In this document: piece after piece, positions 17,301-27,186 of the stretch
Position numbering within the stretch: position 1 is the first letter of the stretch
How the letters are laid out: every line of letters starts with the position of its first letter
Origin: Patescibacteria group bacterium
GTDB taxonomy: Bacteria > Patescibacteriota > Patescibacteriia > UBA9934
Direction: 5' to 3'
Length of the DNA stretch: 64,000 nucleotides
NCBI GenBank assembly: GCA_041666205.1
Contig: JBAYHI010000004.1
Span: 31,161-95,160 of the forward strand
Position numbers and translations under genes: made by a program
The notes under the pieces: model-generated
The model's database searches: none
The model's input: only the letters and a program-made list of their open reading frames with translations
Told to the model about the DNA's origin: nothing

Positions 17301-20257
17301 CTTGTATTGGCGGCGGCCTGCGCATTGGTAACGCATGCGCGAAGATAGGTGTAGTACTCGTTTTGCTCGGTTGTTGTATTTGTAAATTCGTCGCACCCGA
17401 CTGCCGTGGATTTACACGTGTCGGCCGTGGAGGCAATAAAGTAGAGTGGGAAATCCCCGTTTGGTTCGTAGCGAGTCGGCTCTTGCTTATACGTGTCGTA
17501 CCCCACGCACGACGCCGGGCACACATCGAGTTCGCTCGTGATTGCCGAAATATCTGGATCGCCATTCACTGGCGTATAGAGCAAGCACCCCGCATCGTTG
17601 GCGCTACAAATTTGCGCATAATTGGCGCAGGCCGCCGGATCATCAATACCTCCGGTGCACCCAAGATAGCTCGGTGGCAACTTCACATAGGAACTTCGAG
17701 GCGTAGTGGAATATGCCACGTGATAACTTGTTGGCGTCTCCCCTTGCTCGAGTTGCATGTCGTCGATCCACGCGGACCCGGTCACAACCGAAAGCACTGC
17801 ATTCACGCGCGCGGCTTTATCCAGAAGGGTTGGCGCGGTGAAAATACATTCAAATCGTTCGTAGCTTGTGGATGTTGGCGCGCCGGTGACTGTGACTGTA
17901 TTTCCACTCACCGTACAATCGCCGGTATAGCTCGTGCCCGTAAGGTCAACGGTTTCCACGCCAAAGGCATCGGCTAAATCAAGCGTCACAGTGGCTGTTC
18001 CCGTGCCAGTTGCACCCTGCTTTGCGTAAAAAGAAAGATTATAGAATCGACTTTGATTCAAGGTGAGTCCATATTGCACCAGTTCGCTCGAGCCGGTTGT
18101 CACCGCGGATTTTCCCGTGCGAATTTGTGTTTGATCAACACTATAGGTGAGTGCGGTCCAATCCGATGAAAGCCACGCGTCAGGCTCACTATTGTCGTCC
18201 AAATCATTTTCAAATCCCGGATTCAAGAGGATATTCAAAGAAAGATCACTTGTGCGTGCGAGCACTTCCGAACACCCCGCAGCAGCATCGCTACAGGTTT
18301 CAGCTTTTGCATTCAAATAAATCCGATTTTGATACGCATCAGTTGCCGCCGCAGCCACTGCGGTATCGTTGATGGTTGGGAAACTGTAAGAACCATCGGC
18401 TTGTAATTCCTTCACCGATGAATACCACAAACATCCAACCGAATCAGCATTACACCCGGTGCGATCCACCGTGCTTGTAAGATAGTGCGCGGCTTCCCCG
18501 GCGCGATCGCTAAACGACAAACAGCTCGCAAATTGCGACTGGCAAGAATCGCCTCCAAACTTCCAGGTATTTTGTTCCCGTACGCAATACCCGTAGCCTC
18601 CACTGCAACTGCCGTCGTCGTTTTCCGAAATGCAACTTTGAATATCCACACATTCCTGCGCGCGATTGCTCGAGCCATTCATTTCCAAAAGCTGACCGTA
18701 GGCATAGGTGCGACACGTGGTTTGTGGGGCCTTCAAGACCCAATTTGGATCAATGAGGTGGCACCATTTGTGATTTTCATCAATTTGCCCATCGGTATTG
18801 CAATCATAAAAACCGTCCATGGCTTCTTGGAGCGTTACCGGATCGCTTGCGGAATTATATTGCGAATCCGCTGCGAGCTCCCATCCAACTGGCACAATGC
18901 GTGCTTTGCGAAGTTTCACTAAATTGCCTGCGCAAAATCCATACGTGGCACATTTTGGATCTTGATTGCGCGCCGTATCGCTCGATGGAATGAGCGCCCA
19001 ATTTCCATTCAAATATCCCTCCTCAATTGCATCGGCGACCGTAAGAGTTCCGCCAGCACTTGATTGATTTACAGCCGAGGCAAATGCCGAATCCATGGCA
19101 CAAGAAAAAAGCGGACGAATGCTATTGAGAGATGTTGCCGGGCAACTTGCGAGTTCCGTGATAAGCGAATAATCACTCACCTGCACAGGGCGGAATGTTT
19201 TGATCGAGCGGAAGAGTGCTTGCGCATTTGCACGTGAAGAAGATGAAAGCGCATCCGGATCAAATGGATTGTCACTGAACGTGGAACCCACATCTTCAAA
19301 CATGCCGCCGTAGAACTTCTTCATGAGTTCTGACATGAGCGTATTTGTAAATACCGAGGCCATGCTCCCCCCAAGTTGCGTGAGCAAATTCGGATTACTC
19401 GCGGCCGCACTTTTTCCAATATCAAGCGGGGTTTCTTGCGCGATACGAATCGAATTTTGGAGCTGATCTCGAATCAGAGCCGCGGGAGTTGTCGTGTATC
19501 CGCTCGTTGCATCGGTTTGATTTAAAAATCCGCTATTTGCAAGAAGTTGTTGCGTATTGATATTGGCTGTCTGCTGAGAATTGATAAACGCTGCGCCAAA
19601 TGCTTGCATGCTCTGTGAAAAATCATTGCTGTCAAATGACGAACTGAGCGCCGCAAGCACCGACGTGGTGCGCTCATTTGATGAGAGATCTTTATTGGAA
19701 TTCACGGTTGCCAAAAATGCGTCGTAATTGCTCTTCATGGCCTCAAAATCAAAATCCGGATCTGCATTAAGCGCGGTGCCGGAACTTGCATTAATGAGTC
19801 CCTGTCGGAGCAAGGCCATGTTTCTTGGATTCGACGCGAGTCCTCCCCATTGCTTATCAAGTGTTTCAATCGTTTGCATGAGCACTGCCGCCCCCGCATA
19901 TTTCAAATACGTGCCAATTTCTTCCCTCACCACCAGTGGGCTTTCCCCCGGGCCACCACTTGCCACCCAAATCGCTGCAGTTTCTGCGACCTGGTTTGCC
20001 GTGGAAACCAGCAAATTTAAAAGCGAACTTCCAACCGATGATACAATCGCATTTTCCGTCATTTTCAACACCTGTTTTGCAATGTCTTGAACCGTCATCT
20101 TTGTAACGATGGTTGGGTCGGTTACGACCATTTGTGCACGTGCGAGAAGTGGTGTACTCACCCCACCCGCCAACGCCAAACCAAGCATGATCACTAAAAT
20201 GCATGGGCGGATTCGTGAATAAAGAGTTCGCAGAAACGTCATACAATTGCATCGCAT
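11339..20257 (-). CDS. giant secreted Cys-rich surface protein (2972 aa), function unknown
   Basis: Single ORF with N-terminal signal peptide (ILVIMLGLALAGGVSTPLLARAQ). Hundreds of Cys and Asp/Gly/Thr/Ser-rich repeats, no TM segments after the signal. Start overlaps stop of the upstream gene (TAATG). Confidence 0.85.
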   Translation of the reverse strand: MRCNCMTFLRTLYSRIRPCILVIMLGLALAGGVSTPLLARAQMVVTDPTIVTKMTVQDIAKQVLKMTENAIVSSVGSSLLNLLVSTANQVAETAAIWVASGGPGESPLVVREEIGTYLKYAGAAVLMQTIETLDKQWGGLASNPRNMALLRQGLINASSGTALNADPDFDFEAMKSNYDAFLATVNSNKDLSSNERTTSVLAALSSSFDSNDFSQSMQAFGAAFINSQQTANINTQQLLANSGFLNQTDATSGYTTTPAALIRDQLQNSIRIAQETPLDIGKSAAASNPNLLTQLGGSMASVFTNTLMSELMKKFYGGMFEDVGSTFSDNPFDPDALSSSSRANAQALFRSIKTFRPVQVSDYSLITELASCPATSLNSIRPLFSCAMDSAFASAVNQSSAGGTLTVADAIEEGYLNGNWALIPSSDTARNQDPKCATYGFCAGNLVKLRKARIVPVGWELAADSQYNSASDPVTLQEAMDGFYDCNTDGQIDENHKWCHLIDPNWVLKAPQTTCRTYAYGQLLEMNGSSNRAQECVDIQSCISENDDGSCSGGYGYCVREQNTWKFGGDSCQSQFASCLSFSDRAGEAAHYLTSTVDRTGCNADSVGCLWYSSVKELQADGSYSFPTINDTAVAAAATDAYQNRIYLNAKAETCSDAAAGCSEVLARTSDLSLNILLNPGFENDLDDNSEPDAWLSSDWTALTYSVDQTQIRTGKSAVTTGSSELVQYGLTLNQSRFYNLSFYAKQGATGTGTATVTLDLADAFGVETVDLTGTSYTGDCTVSGNTVTVTGAPTSTSYERFECIFTAPTLLDKAARVNAVLSVVTGSAWIDDMQLEQGETPTSYHVAYSTTPRSSYVKLPPSYLGCTGGIDDPAACANYAQICSANDAGCLLYTPVNGDPDISAITSELDVCPASCVGYDTYKQEPTRYEPNGDFPLYFIASTADTCKSTAVGCDEFTNTTTEQNEYYTYLRACVTNAQAAANTSDDNMAVFYTWEGSDDTGYQLRTWYLLESNLDNTSYSYGGVAETNVGAAPCTTWTASASGIACSDDSGDFIVDRYTETCDEHDDIYSNPDCREFYDANGDLHYREWDYTVTVSDQCSTYRKTEIAGLGNDGDADGVDDGQANCEDAGGYFDTAISTCKFYGLSSESIECKESENGCRNYSGGQSNNSRKVFEELFEGGSLSDWDAGSATAVTLSNESVATDGHSIASDGNTIWTYFYQEACATEAGCLSSGAVLGGSCTVNNGENYCGTLTNYLYANKTYTLTFWAKGSGKLNIGFDTEASGTPSIDAVMENGVELTDEWQRYSVGPVDISSSKYPTFGDGSVIVFNPTTAGTFYIDNIVLREGEEDLTLIANSWSTPAVCDQNSLGNNSPQYHLGCSAYTSSEGDTVNLRSFSRLCSDSSVGCAGYYTTAQSTAIGSEIVNGTCSNPGGAVTTATNCYLFATGGTFDTSSPKLCSIMAGESSCLFDLSYSISEADLAGDARLSHISFGPETVVVPADTDLFAIIGDGDTCSSADAGCQELGEPTLSADRSIVTGWTSTYLVNDPDTYATSLCSGDAVMCEEYDAGSDGMYYFKDPGASVCEYKTNVLIGSKKYDGWFVTGTSDFCYGTGRCSDNGASCSLDSDCRTTARPDATCTKNIGSYLVGGEVSGIWQNGDSAYSGMVGTCTSAENGCSEFRDPLAVEDDEFYTSATGTSYYFVNNGRLEDDDLQGAQKCNGKVSQENGCVLFYDTGDPSKDYNTSATYISSVHADVLYGEEPYSLVKPIDCSGTSTITALDGTTVDLCAQRCAYKNLLLHDTSGQPLAKVGYSYGGSCLVDSDCQNYESDAGDIVSGSCETTVSGLVIGSDVPVTRLTNDTNTILQVDRDRSCSEWLTCSSSRTVWDEETSQYQTICDSIDLCTEYSNSGDASFCSKWDPDDPAIVLDTARYVDRNVSWYGEEYSGYAVPDIYPVQHLDQVDISPEKVCALKDGSYYTDIACESDTPCLAIGAASQYVCSSNINRDYRLGLAAGSCSGTAGYGDACQVGYCADSGSACTANTDCNTGNCIVGTCYAISTTLCTNDEDCTNGTCLSGECAVETGSCDLNYSCGAAGGTCIPSDISKVGTCYRDECVVTIQGAQFSGETAEESSCRAFPEADSPFPDRIVKTWLVANGTTETETVETAPTGENARFNATAYSTVSGFEQAKYCPPGEECECSYKKVSSALSQSAYLGVDTTMDSSYGVCSGGSLNGAICHESTDCLNDEDPDTTSASEGTCEKITREDTMVGLSGYCLERDSATNLYGDRAIGACLSWLPVDQLKGQTDLYGKDTEAGYDGGETAYCAYVAPYANVTASKASKTDSTVACLERNRSASYSDATLADEFESCVANNAAFDGCPPGFFLLVGDYWKSGEETTHYNYYCKGDSTEDNDCPFVCVPKNGYTTEGGLCENAVTGYTEFYEDSWELTDLSTIDGTTFDYSGDAYWYADPAAFDEAADAVQDCVALGQEAYLGWVQRYTYGYTLDADEEQTVDGDGGGATDATGFYNYSQAYELYPGCKAATVVDDGLGITAAAYTDRVMGPDGYTLEVADALTGSFGYIQTTTRARFGVSRTQTQIEADVDPMAPIIAACRNTSTFEITAPTSLGCASGTNPVIVEDFTNVDARSFVNFSLAEDKSFPWKSTWDTIGISETEYGVGGSSVSGVHDILSQLFANSISQFQFNDGIEDGSAGSVGDVASAAIEDSWDDREYGTPPTVMSVDTNNCYGLYCREGSENAITLNDQELGDQSAEDGFFRANVKFFAAAGKNQLPLRRVLVDWGDGTSGALDLTGSEEADNYYKNHRGLTDDSQTTTYCDTNEEWGMTSESCDPNYFNYTHNYRCSKSTLASLPLCEVSEIDGRVKNSPCKSTDESSCVYQPRVHVRDNWGWCSGSCSSTYGPLNTDDSEGCFDGYDSLALTADLSECNYDEYPTSSTDVTDPWVYYDGVITVKP

Positions 20258-20919
20258 TATTCGCTTGTGTCAGAGGACGTGGAATTGAGTTCAGCAAGTA
20301 CCGAGGCGTAGAGTGCCATCACTTCGTCGTCTGTAAGTGCTTCCACAGATTGTTCATCAATCCCCGCGGTCACCAGTAAATCGCGCACATCTTCCACGGA
20401 AAGATTTTTGAGCGCTTCAAGAGATTCCGCTTCGGTCATGGTGGAAGTCGTGGTGGCCGTGATGAGCGCGGACGAATCTGCAGTTTCCGTTAATCCAAGA
20501 TCGATCGTTCCCGACGGATCCACCGTGTCTGCATTCATACATTCCGTTCCCTTGCAATTAGGATCGGTGCCAATTTTCAGTTCTGTATCGTCGGTATACC
20601 CATCGCCATCGGTGTCGCGCAAATACGGACTCGTTTTATGAACATAGAGTTCGTTGAAATCCGTAAGACCGTCGCCATCGGTGTCGAGCGTTTTTTGCTC
20701 AGCGATTTCTTCGGCCTGCTTTTGAGAGGTGGTTTTGAACTCCGGCCCAATGTAGGCGATGTCGAACGGCGAGCCCAAATGATCGATCAAATAAAATGCC
20801 CCCAAAATAAATGCCAATCCCCCAAAACACGAAATAAAAATAAATCCTACTTTATGTTCTTTGGAGTAGGTCGGTCGTGTTTTTCGAATCACCACACGCT
20901 GTGTTTCCTGTGGCTTCAT
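20257..20919 (-). CDS. membrane-anchored protein with thrombospondin-type-3-like Ca-binding repeats
   Basis: 220 aa; one TM helix (FIFISCFGGLAFILGAFYLI), then DTDGDGLTDFNE and DTDGDGYTDDTE (DxDxDG) repeats. Translationally coupled to the giant protein gene. Confidence 0.7.
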   Translation of the reverse strand: MKPQETQRVVIRKTRPTYSKEHKVGFIFISCFGGLAFILGAFYLIDHLGSPFDIAYIGPEFKTTSQKQAEEIAEQKTLDTDGDGLTDFNELYVHKTSPYLRDTDGDGYTDDTELKIGTDPNCKGTECMNADTVDPSGTIDLGLTETADSSALITATTTSTMTEAESLEALKNLSVEDVRDLLVTAGIDEQSVEALTDDEVMALYASVLAELNSTSSDTSE

Positions 20920-20992
20920 GATGCCAACATTATATCAAAAAACAGCGAAAAACGCTGTGGACAGGAATTGCTCTTTTGTTATTGCGACGCAG

Positions 20993-21796
20993 TTATTTCT
21001 GCGCCGTAGGGACGTTGCGTGCAACGTCCATAGAAATCGTCAATCTTTTCCAATCTTCCAGTGACAAATCTTGCGCACGAATCTGCGCGTCGAGTCCGCA
21101 AGATTTCAATGATTCTTTCGCGTTTTGCGCGGTAATGTTGAGCCCGGTCGACAAATTTGCTGCCAATTGCTTCCGGCGATGCTGGAAACCAATACGCGCG
21201 AGATCAAGAATTTTTTTCACCTCTGCGCGATCATGCGCAATAGGAACCAAACGAAGCACAGATGATTGCACCTTAGGCGCCGGCACAAACGATCCGGGAG
21301 CAACGTGGAATAAACGCTCTGGATTGCATTGAAGTTGAATTGCGAGCGATAAAATACCCGTCTCCCCTGCCTGCGCGAGCATACGATCGGCTTGTTCTTT
21401 TTGAACCATCACCACCAATTCCTTTGGCGGATTATTCGTGCTAAGCGCATTCATGATAATGGCGCTTGCCGCATTGTACGGAAGATTGCCAATGAGCACC
21501 CACGAGCGACCCCCAAGTAAGATGTCAAAATCGACCTGGGCCGCGTCACCCAATTGAATATCAACGCTTGGCAATTTCTCTTGCACCTGATCTGCCATGC
21601 GCGCATCGGCTTCAATGAGCAAAAGGCGCTCCACGCCAAAACGCTCGGCGAGTTTTGTGCTGAGCGCTCCAAGACCCGGACCAATTTCCACAAGCACGTC
21701 ATCGTCTTGCACTGTGACGGCGTCGACAATTTTTTCAATGACTCCTTGATTGATCAAGAAGTGCTGACCATACGATTTTTTTGCGCCCATCATCAT
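20993..21796 (-). CDS. rsmA: 16S rRNA (adenine1518/1519-N6)-dimethyltransferase
   Basis: YGQHFL, EIGPGLGALS, NLPYN motifs. Last 12 codons plus stop lie within a GTAG-palindrome. Confidence 0.9.
   Translation of the reverse strand: MMMGAKKSYGQHFLINQGVIEKIVDAVTVQDDDVLVEIGPGLGALSTKLAERFGVERLLLIEADARMADQVQEKLPSVDIQLGDAAQVDFDILLGGRSWVLIGNLPYNAASAIIMNALSTNNPPKELVVMVQKEQADRMLAQAGETGILSLAIQLQCNPERLFHVAPGSFVPAPKVQSSVLRLVPIAHDRAEVKKILDLARIGFQHRRKQLAANLSTGLNITAQNAKESLKSCGLDAQIRAQDLSLEDWKRLTISMDVARNVPTAQK
21003..21029. repeat. REP-like GTAG-palindrome inside the 3' end of rsmA
   Basis: GCCGTAGGGACGTTGCGTGCAACGTCC; on the coding strand it encodes MDVARNVPTAQK followed by the stop. Confidence 0.6.
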
Positions 21797-22386
21797 ACGT
21801 GAATTTCACCCTGCCTTAAAATTTCATGCGCATCGTCCACAATTTTTACCGTGGTCGACGCCAATACCTGCGGGAGCACTCCGCCATCTACAAGCAGGTC
21901 TGGGTTGTCCGCGGCATGCACAAAACTCGCCTCCACCAGTGCCACGTCGTAGAGCGCGTCTTGCCCCGAGATATTTGCGCTCGTGGCAACAATTGGCCGG
22001 TCGAGTTCTCGTGCCAATCGCGCAGCAATCGGGTGCGAGCTCACACGCACAGACTGAAATCCGTCTTGCCCGCATGCTGGCGCAATGGGCGACCCAGGCG
22101 CAATGGGGGCGATGATATTGAGTGGCCCTGGCCAATACCGCGTTGCAAACTCGATGGCTTTTTGGGACATCACAACAAACTCGCTCGCACGCTCCAATCC
22201 TGGAAGAATCACAGGCAGAGCTTTCCCGCGATCACGGCTTTTGATTTCAAAAATTCGCTCAACTGCTGCGGCATTTGTAGCATCACATCCGAGTCCATAC
22301 GACGTTTCTGTTGGAAAAACAATCACCCCGCCCTGTGCTAATACGTCGATTGCGTTTTGCAGTTGATCTTCAGAAATGATTTGCAT
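21793..22386 (-). CDS. tsaC: L-threonylcarbamoyladenylate synthase (YrdC/Sua5 family)
   Basis: IVFPTETSYGLGCDA motif. ORF-track N-terminal extension to 22629 overlaps the upstream gene; ATG at 22386 sits 1 nt after the upstream stop. Confidence 0.8.
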   Translation of the reverse strand: MQIISEDQLQNAIDVLAQGGVIVFPTETSYGLGCDATNAAAVERIFEIKSRDRGKALPVILPGLERASEFVVMSQKAIEFATRYWPGPLNIIAPIAPGSPIAPACGQDGFQSVRVSSHPIAARLARELDRPIVATSANISGQDALYDVALVEASFVHAADNPDLLVDGGVLPQVLASTTVKIVDDAHEILRQGEIHV

Positions 22387-22387
22387 A

Positions 22388-23305
22388 TTAACGCGCCTTG
22401 TACCACTCAATGGTTTTTTCAACGCCTTGTGCAATGCCCGTTTTTGCTGCCCACCCAAGTGAGGTTTTTGCGCGCGAGGCATCGAGCGCATTGGCTTTGA
22501 GGACATCCACCACGTCTTCGCGATAATCTGGTTCGCGCTCGACGCCAACTGCCTTGCAAATCGCGTCGTACACCGCGCGCGTGGAGGTTTGCACGCCCGT
22601 GCCCAAATTATAAATCCCAGATTCTTCACGCTCGAACGCCTTCACAAATCCTTGCACCGCGTCTTCCACAAATAAATAATCACGCATGGTTTTTCCGTCG
22701 TTGTTCAAAAAGACGTTTTCTCCGCGCAGTAATCGATCAGCAAAAATCGCCATCACACCTGATTCCGCGCTTGAATTTTGTCGAGGCCCATAAACGTTCG
22801 ACATACGCAAAATCGTATACGGAATGTTGTAGTGCTCGCCATAAAATCGCACATACTGCTCGCCTGTAAATTTCGAAATGCCGTAGGGCGTGCCCGGATG
22901 AATCGGCGCGGTCTCTGGCACAGGCAAAGATTCTTGATTCCCATAGACAGCTGCCGACGATGCAAAACAAACCTTCCCAGTACCAAACGCGCGGAACGCT
23001 TCCATCACATTCACCAGCCCTTCGATATTTTCCGTGACCGAAAGCATAGGCTTGGCAATGGATTCACGATCATATAAATGCGCGGCCAAATGAAAAAGCC
23101 CTTCCGGCTTTACACGACGAAAAATTTTCTGAATGGAAGAGGAACGAATGTCGAGGCGATAGTAAATCGCTTTGGGATTTTTAATCGACCTTGGTGGTTT
23201 TTGTTTATCGATCACGTGGACAACATATCCACGCTCAATGAGCGCATCGACTAAATGCGATGCAATAAATCCCGCGCCACCGGTAACGATTATCGATTTT
23301 TCCAT
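22388..23305 (-). CDS. NAD-dependent epimerase/dehydratase family protein
   Basis: TGGAGFIASHL Rossmann motif near the N-terminus, YGISK (YxxxK) catalytic motif. Confidence 0.85.
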   Translation of the reverse strand: MEKSIIVTGGAGFIASHLVDALIERGYVVHVIDKQKPPRSIKNPKAIYYRLDIRSSSIQKIFRRVKPEGLFHLAAHLYDRESIAKPMLSVTENIEGLVNVMEAFRAFGTGKVCFASSAAVYGNQESLPVPETAPIHPGTPYGISKFTGEQYVRFYGEHYNIPYTILRMSNVYGPRQNSSAESGVMAIFADRLLRGENVFLNNDGKTMRDYLFVEDAVQGFVKAFEREESGIYNLGTGVQTSTRAVYDAICKAVGVEREPDYREDVVDVLKANALDASRAKTSLGWAAKTGIAQGVEKTIEWYKAR

Positions 23306-23357
23306 AATTTTTTTATGTACGGACAACCCTAGGGTTGTCCCTACGATCATTGAAAAA

Positions 23358-24446
23358 TTATCCCCTCGCCTTCATTCTCAAATACGCTTCTGCAAACGCA
23401 TCTAAATCACCTCCAAGCACCGCGTCGACATCTTGCGTTTCATAATCCGTACGATGATCCTTGACCATCTTATAGGGATGAATCACGTAACTGCGAATTT
23501 GGCTTCCCCATTCTGCGCTCTTATGTGCGCCTTTCAAATCATCAATTTTTTCTTTGCGTTCTTCAATGAGTTGAAGCAACAGGCGTGATTTCAATACGCG
23601 CATGGCAACCTCGCGGTTTTGCTGTTGCGAGCGTTCGTTTTGGCAGGTCACAACGGTTTGCGTTGGAATGTGGGTGATGCGCACAGCCGAATACGTGGTA
23701 TTCACGGATTGCCCGCCATGGCCTCCAGCCATATACGTATCGATGCGCAAATCTTTTGGATCGATTTCGAAATTTTTCCCTTCGACTTCGTCGATTTCTG
23801 GAATCACTTCAATTTGCGCAAACGAGGTATGGCGCATTTTTTCCGCGTCAAACGGAGAGATGCGCACCAAGCGATGCACACCTGATTCGCCTTTCAAAAA
23901 ACCATAGGCAAGATGCCCGCGCACAGAAATCGTCGCACTTTTGAGACCTGCTTCTTCCGCAAGCGATTGCTCGAGGATCTCCACGTCCCAATTTTTTCGC
24001 TCCGCGTATTTCAAAATCATCCGCATGAGCATTTGCGCCCAATCCGATGCATCGGTTCCACCAGCACCCGCATGGAACGAAACAATGGCGCCGTGATCGT
24101 CGTATTCGCCCGTGAAGAGCGTTTCAACTTCCAGCAATTTCAAACGCGCTTCTAAATCGCTAAAGGTTTGCACAAGACTCGCGTCCTCCTCACCCGCTTC
24201 TTTTGCGAGCTCTTCAGTGAGTTCCAAATCATCCGCGAACGTGTTCCAACGGTCGAGCACATCTTTTTTCTGCGCCACCTCTTGCGAAACACGTCGCGCG
24301 GTTTCTTGGTCTTTCCAAAAATCCGGCGACGACATGATCGCATCTCCTTCTGCAACGGCAGTTTTTAGTGCATCAAAATCCAAAACACTCCGCGCATTCT
24401 CAAATCGCGCACGTAAATCCGCAAATTGTTTCTGCACGGGCGTCAT
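23358..24446 (-). CDS. prfB: peptide chain release factor 2
   Basis: GGQ motif (GGHGGQSVN) and SPF motif (RISPFD). Single uninterrupted frame with no programmed +1 frameshift site. Confidence 0.9.
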   Translation of the reverse strand: MTPVQKQFADLRARFENARSVLDFDALKTAVAEGDAIMSSPDFWKDQETARRVSQEVAQKKDVLDRWNTFADDLELTEELAKEAGEEDASLVQTFSDLEARLKLLEVETLFTGEYDDHGAIVSFHAGAGGTDASDWAQMLMRMILKYAERKNWDVEILEQSLAEEAGLKSATISVRGHLAYGFLKGESGVHRLVRISPFDAEKMRHTSFAQIEVIPEIDEVEGKNFEIDPKDLRIDTYMAGGHGGQSVNTTYSAVRITHIPTQTVVTCQNERSQQQNREVAMRVLKSRLLLQLIEERKEKIDDLKGAHKSAEWGSQIRSYVIHPYKMVKDHRTDYETQDVDAVLGGDLDAFAEAYLRMKARG

Positions 24447-24449
24447 GTG

Positions 24450-24821
24450 CTAGAACTTCAAGGCCTTTGCAAGTTGAGAGACAAGTGGCATTTCCCATTT
24501 TTCCCCTTGAAACGCTTTGAGGAATCCAATGATGGATAGCACAAAAATCGCGAGTGTAAGACCAAGGGCCAAGAACCAACCAATGATTGGGAACCATCCA
24601 AAGACCGTGTTAAAAATCATGACCCCAACGTCAATGATGAACAGGGCAAGTGCCTGCTTGGCATGGAATTGCGCATACGGGGATTCCTTGGCAAGCAATA
24701 ACGGAATAAAACACAGAATGAAAATGTACCCAATGGCTGCAACCACTTTATGTTCTTCAACGTCGTTTCCAGCTGGAGCTGGCGCCTCGGGCACGATAGG
24801 AGCTTCTTGCATGTCTTCCAT
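24450..24821 (-). CDS. small membrane protein (DUF4870-like)
   Basis: 123 aa, 3 hydrophobic helices, FHAKQALALF motif. Confidence 0.6.
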   Translation of the reverse strand: MEDMQEAPIVPEAPAPAGNDVEEHKVVAAIGYIFILCFIPLLLAKESPYAQFHAKQALALFIIDVGVMIFNTVFGWFPIIGWFLALGLTLAIFVLSIIGFLKAFQGEKWEMPLVSQLAKALKF

Positions 24822-24831
24822 AAATATTTGG

Positions 24832-25158
24832 TTAAAATGTTAATTGTTTTGCAAATTCCGCCACGACCGGGATCTCAAAGCGTTTGCCTTGGAACGCCAA
24901 TGCCATGCAGATGAATGACAGTATCATAAATCCAAAAATTGCCAAGCCAATGAGAAGCGAAGAGAGCCAATGCAAAAACGGTAAGCTCCCAATGAGCACA
25001 CAAAAGACCGTGAACATGATTTCCATGAAAAACAAAATCATGGCTTGTTTCCCGTGAAAATACGCATAATCGGACTTCTTACTTTCCATGAGTGGCACAA
25101 ACCACAGCATGAAAAAGTAGCCAATCATTGCCGCGCCACATTCACGTTTCGTTGGAAT
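24832..25158 (-). CDS. small membrane protein, paralog of the preceding gene
   Basis: YFHGKQAMILFF and the same topology as 24450..24821; start uncertain. Confidence 0.55.
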   Translation of the reverse strand: MPTKRECGAAMIGYFFMLWFVPLMESKKSDYAYFHGKQAMILFFMEIMFTVFCVLIGSLPFLHWLSSLLIGLAIFGFMILSFICMALAFQGKRFEIPVVAEFAKQLTF

Positions 25159-25210
25159 CATACAGCAAGCAGTATAACAAAAAACCCGCCGAAATGGCGA
25201 GTTTTTTGGC

Positions 25211-27137
<1,927 letters not shown>

Positions 27138-27186
27138 AATAAAATCATTAAGAACTCCCTAAACTTAGACGCTTAGCACTCGTCTG

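Noticed and set aside
22388-22629. N-terminal extension of tsaC (ORF-track start 22629), and similar long starts for yraN (32988), argS (39128), tyrS (40434) and the epimerase gene (23350)
   Set aside because: The extensions overlap the upstream genes by 80-250 nt. Conserved N-termini of the protein families begin at internal Met codons sitting 1 nt after the upstream stop.
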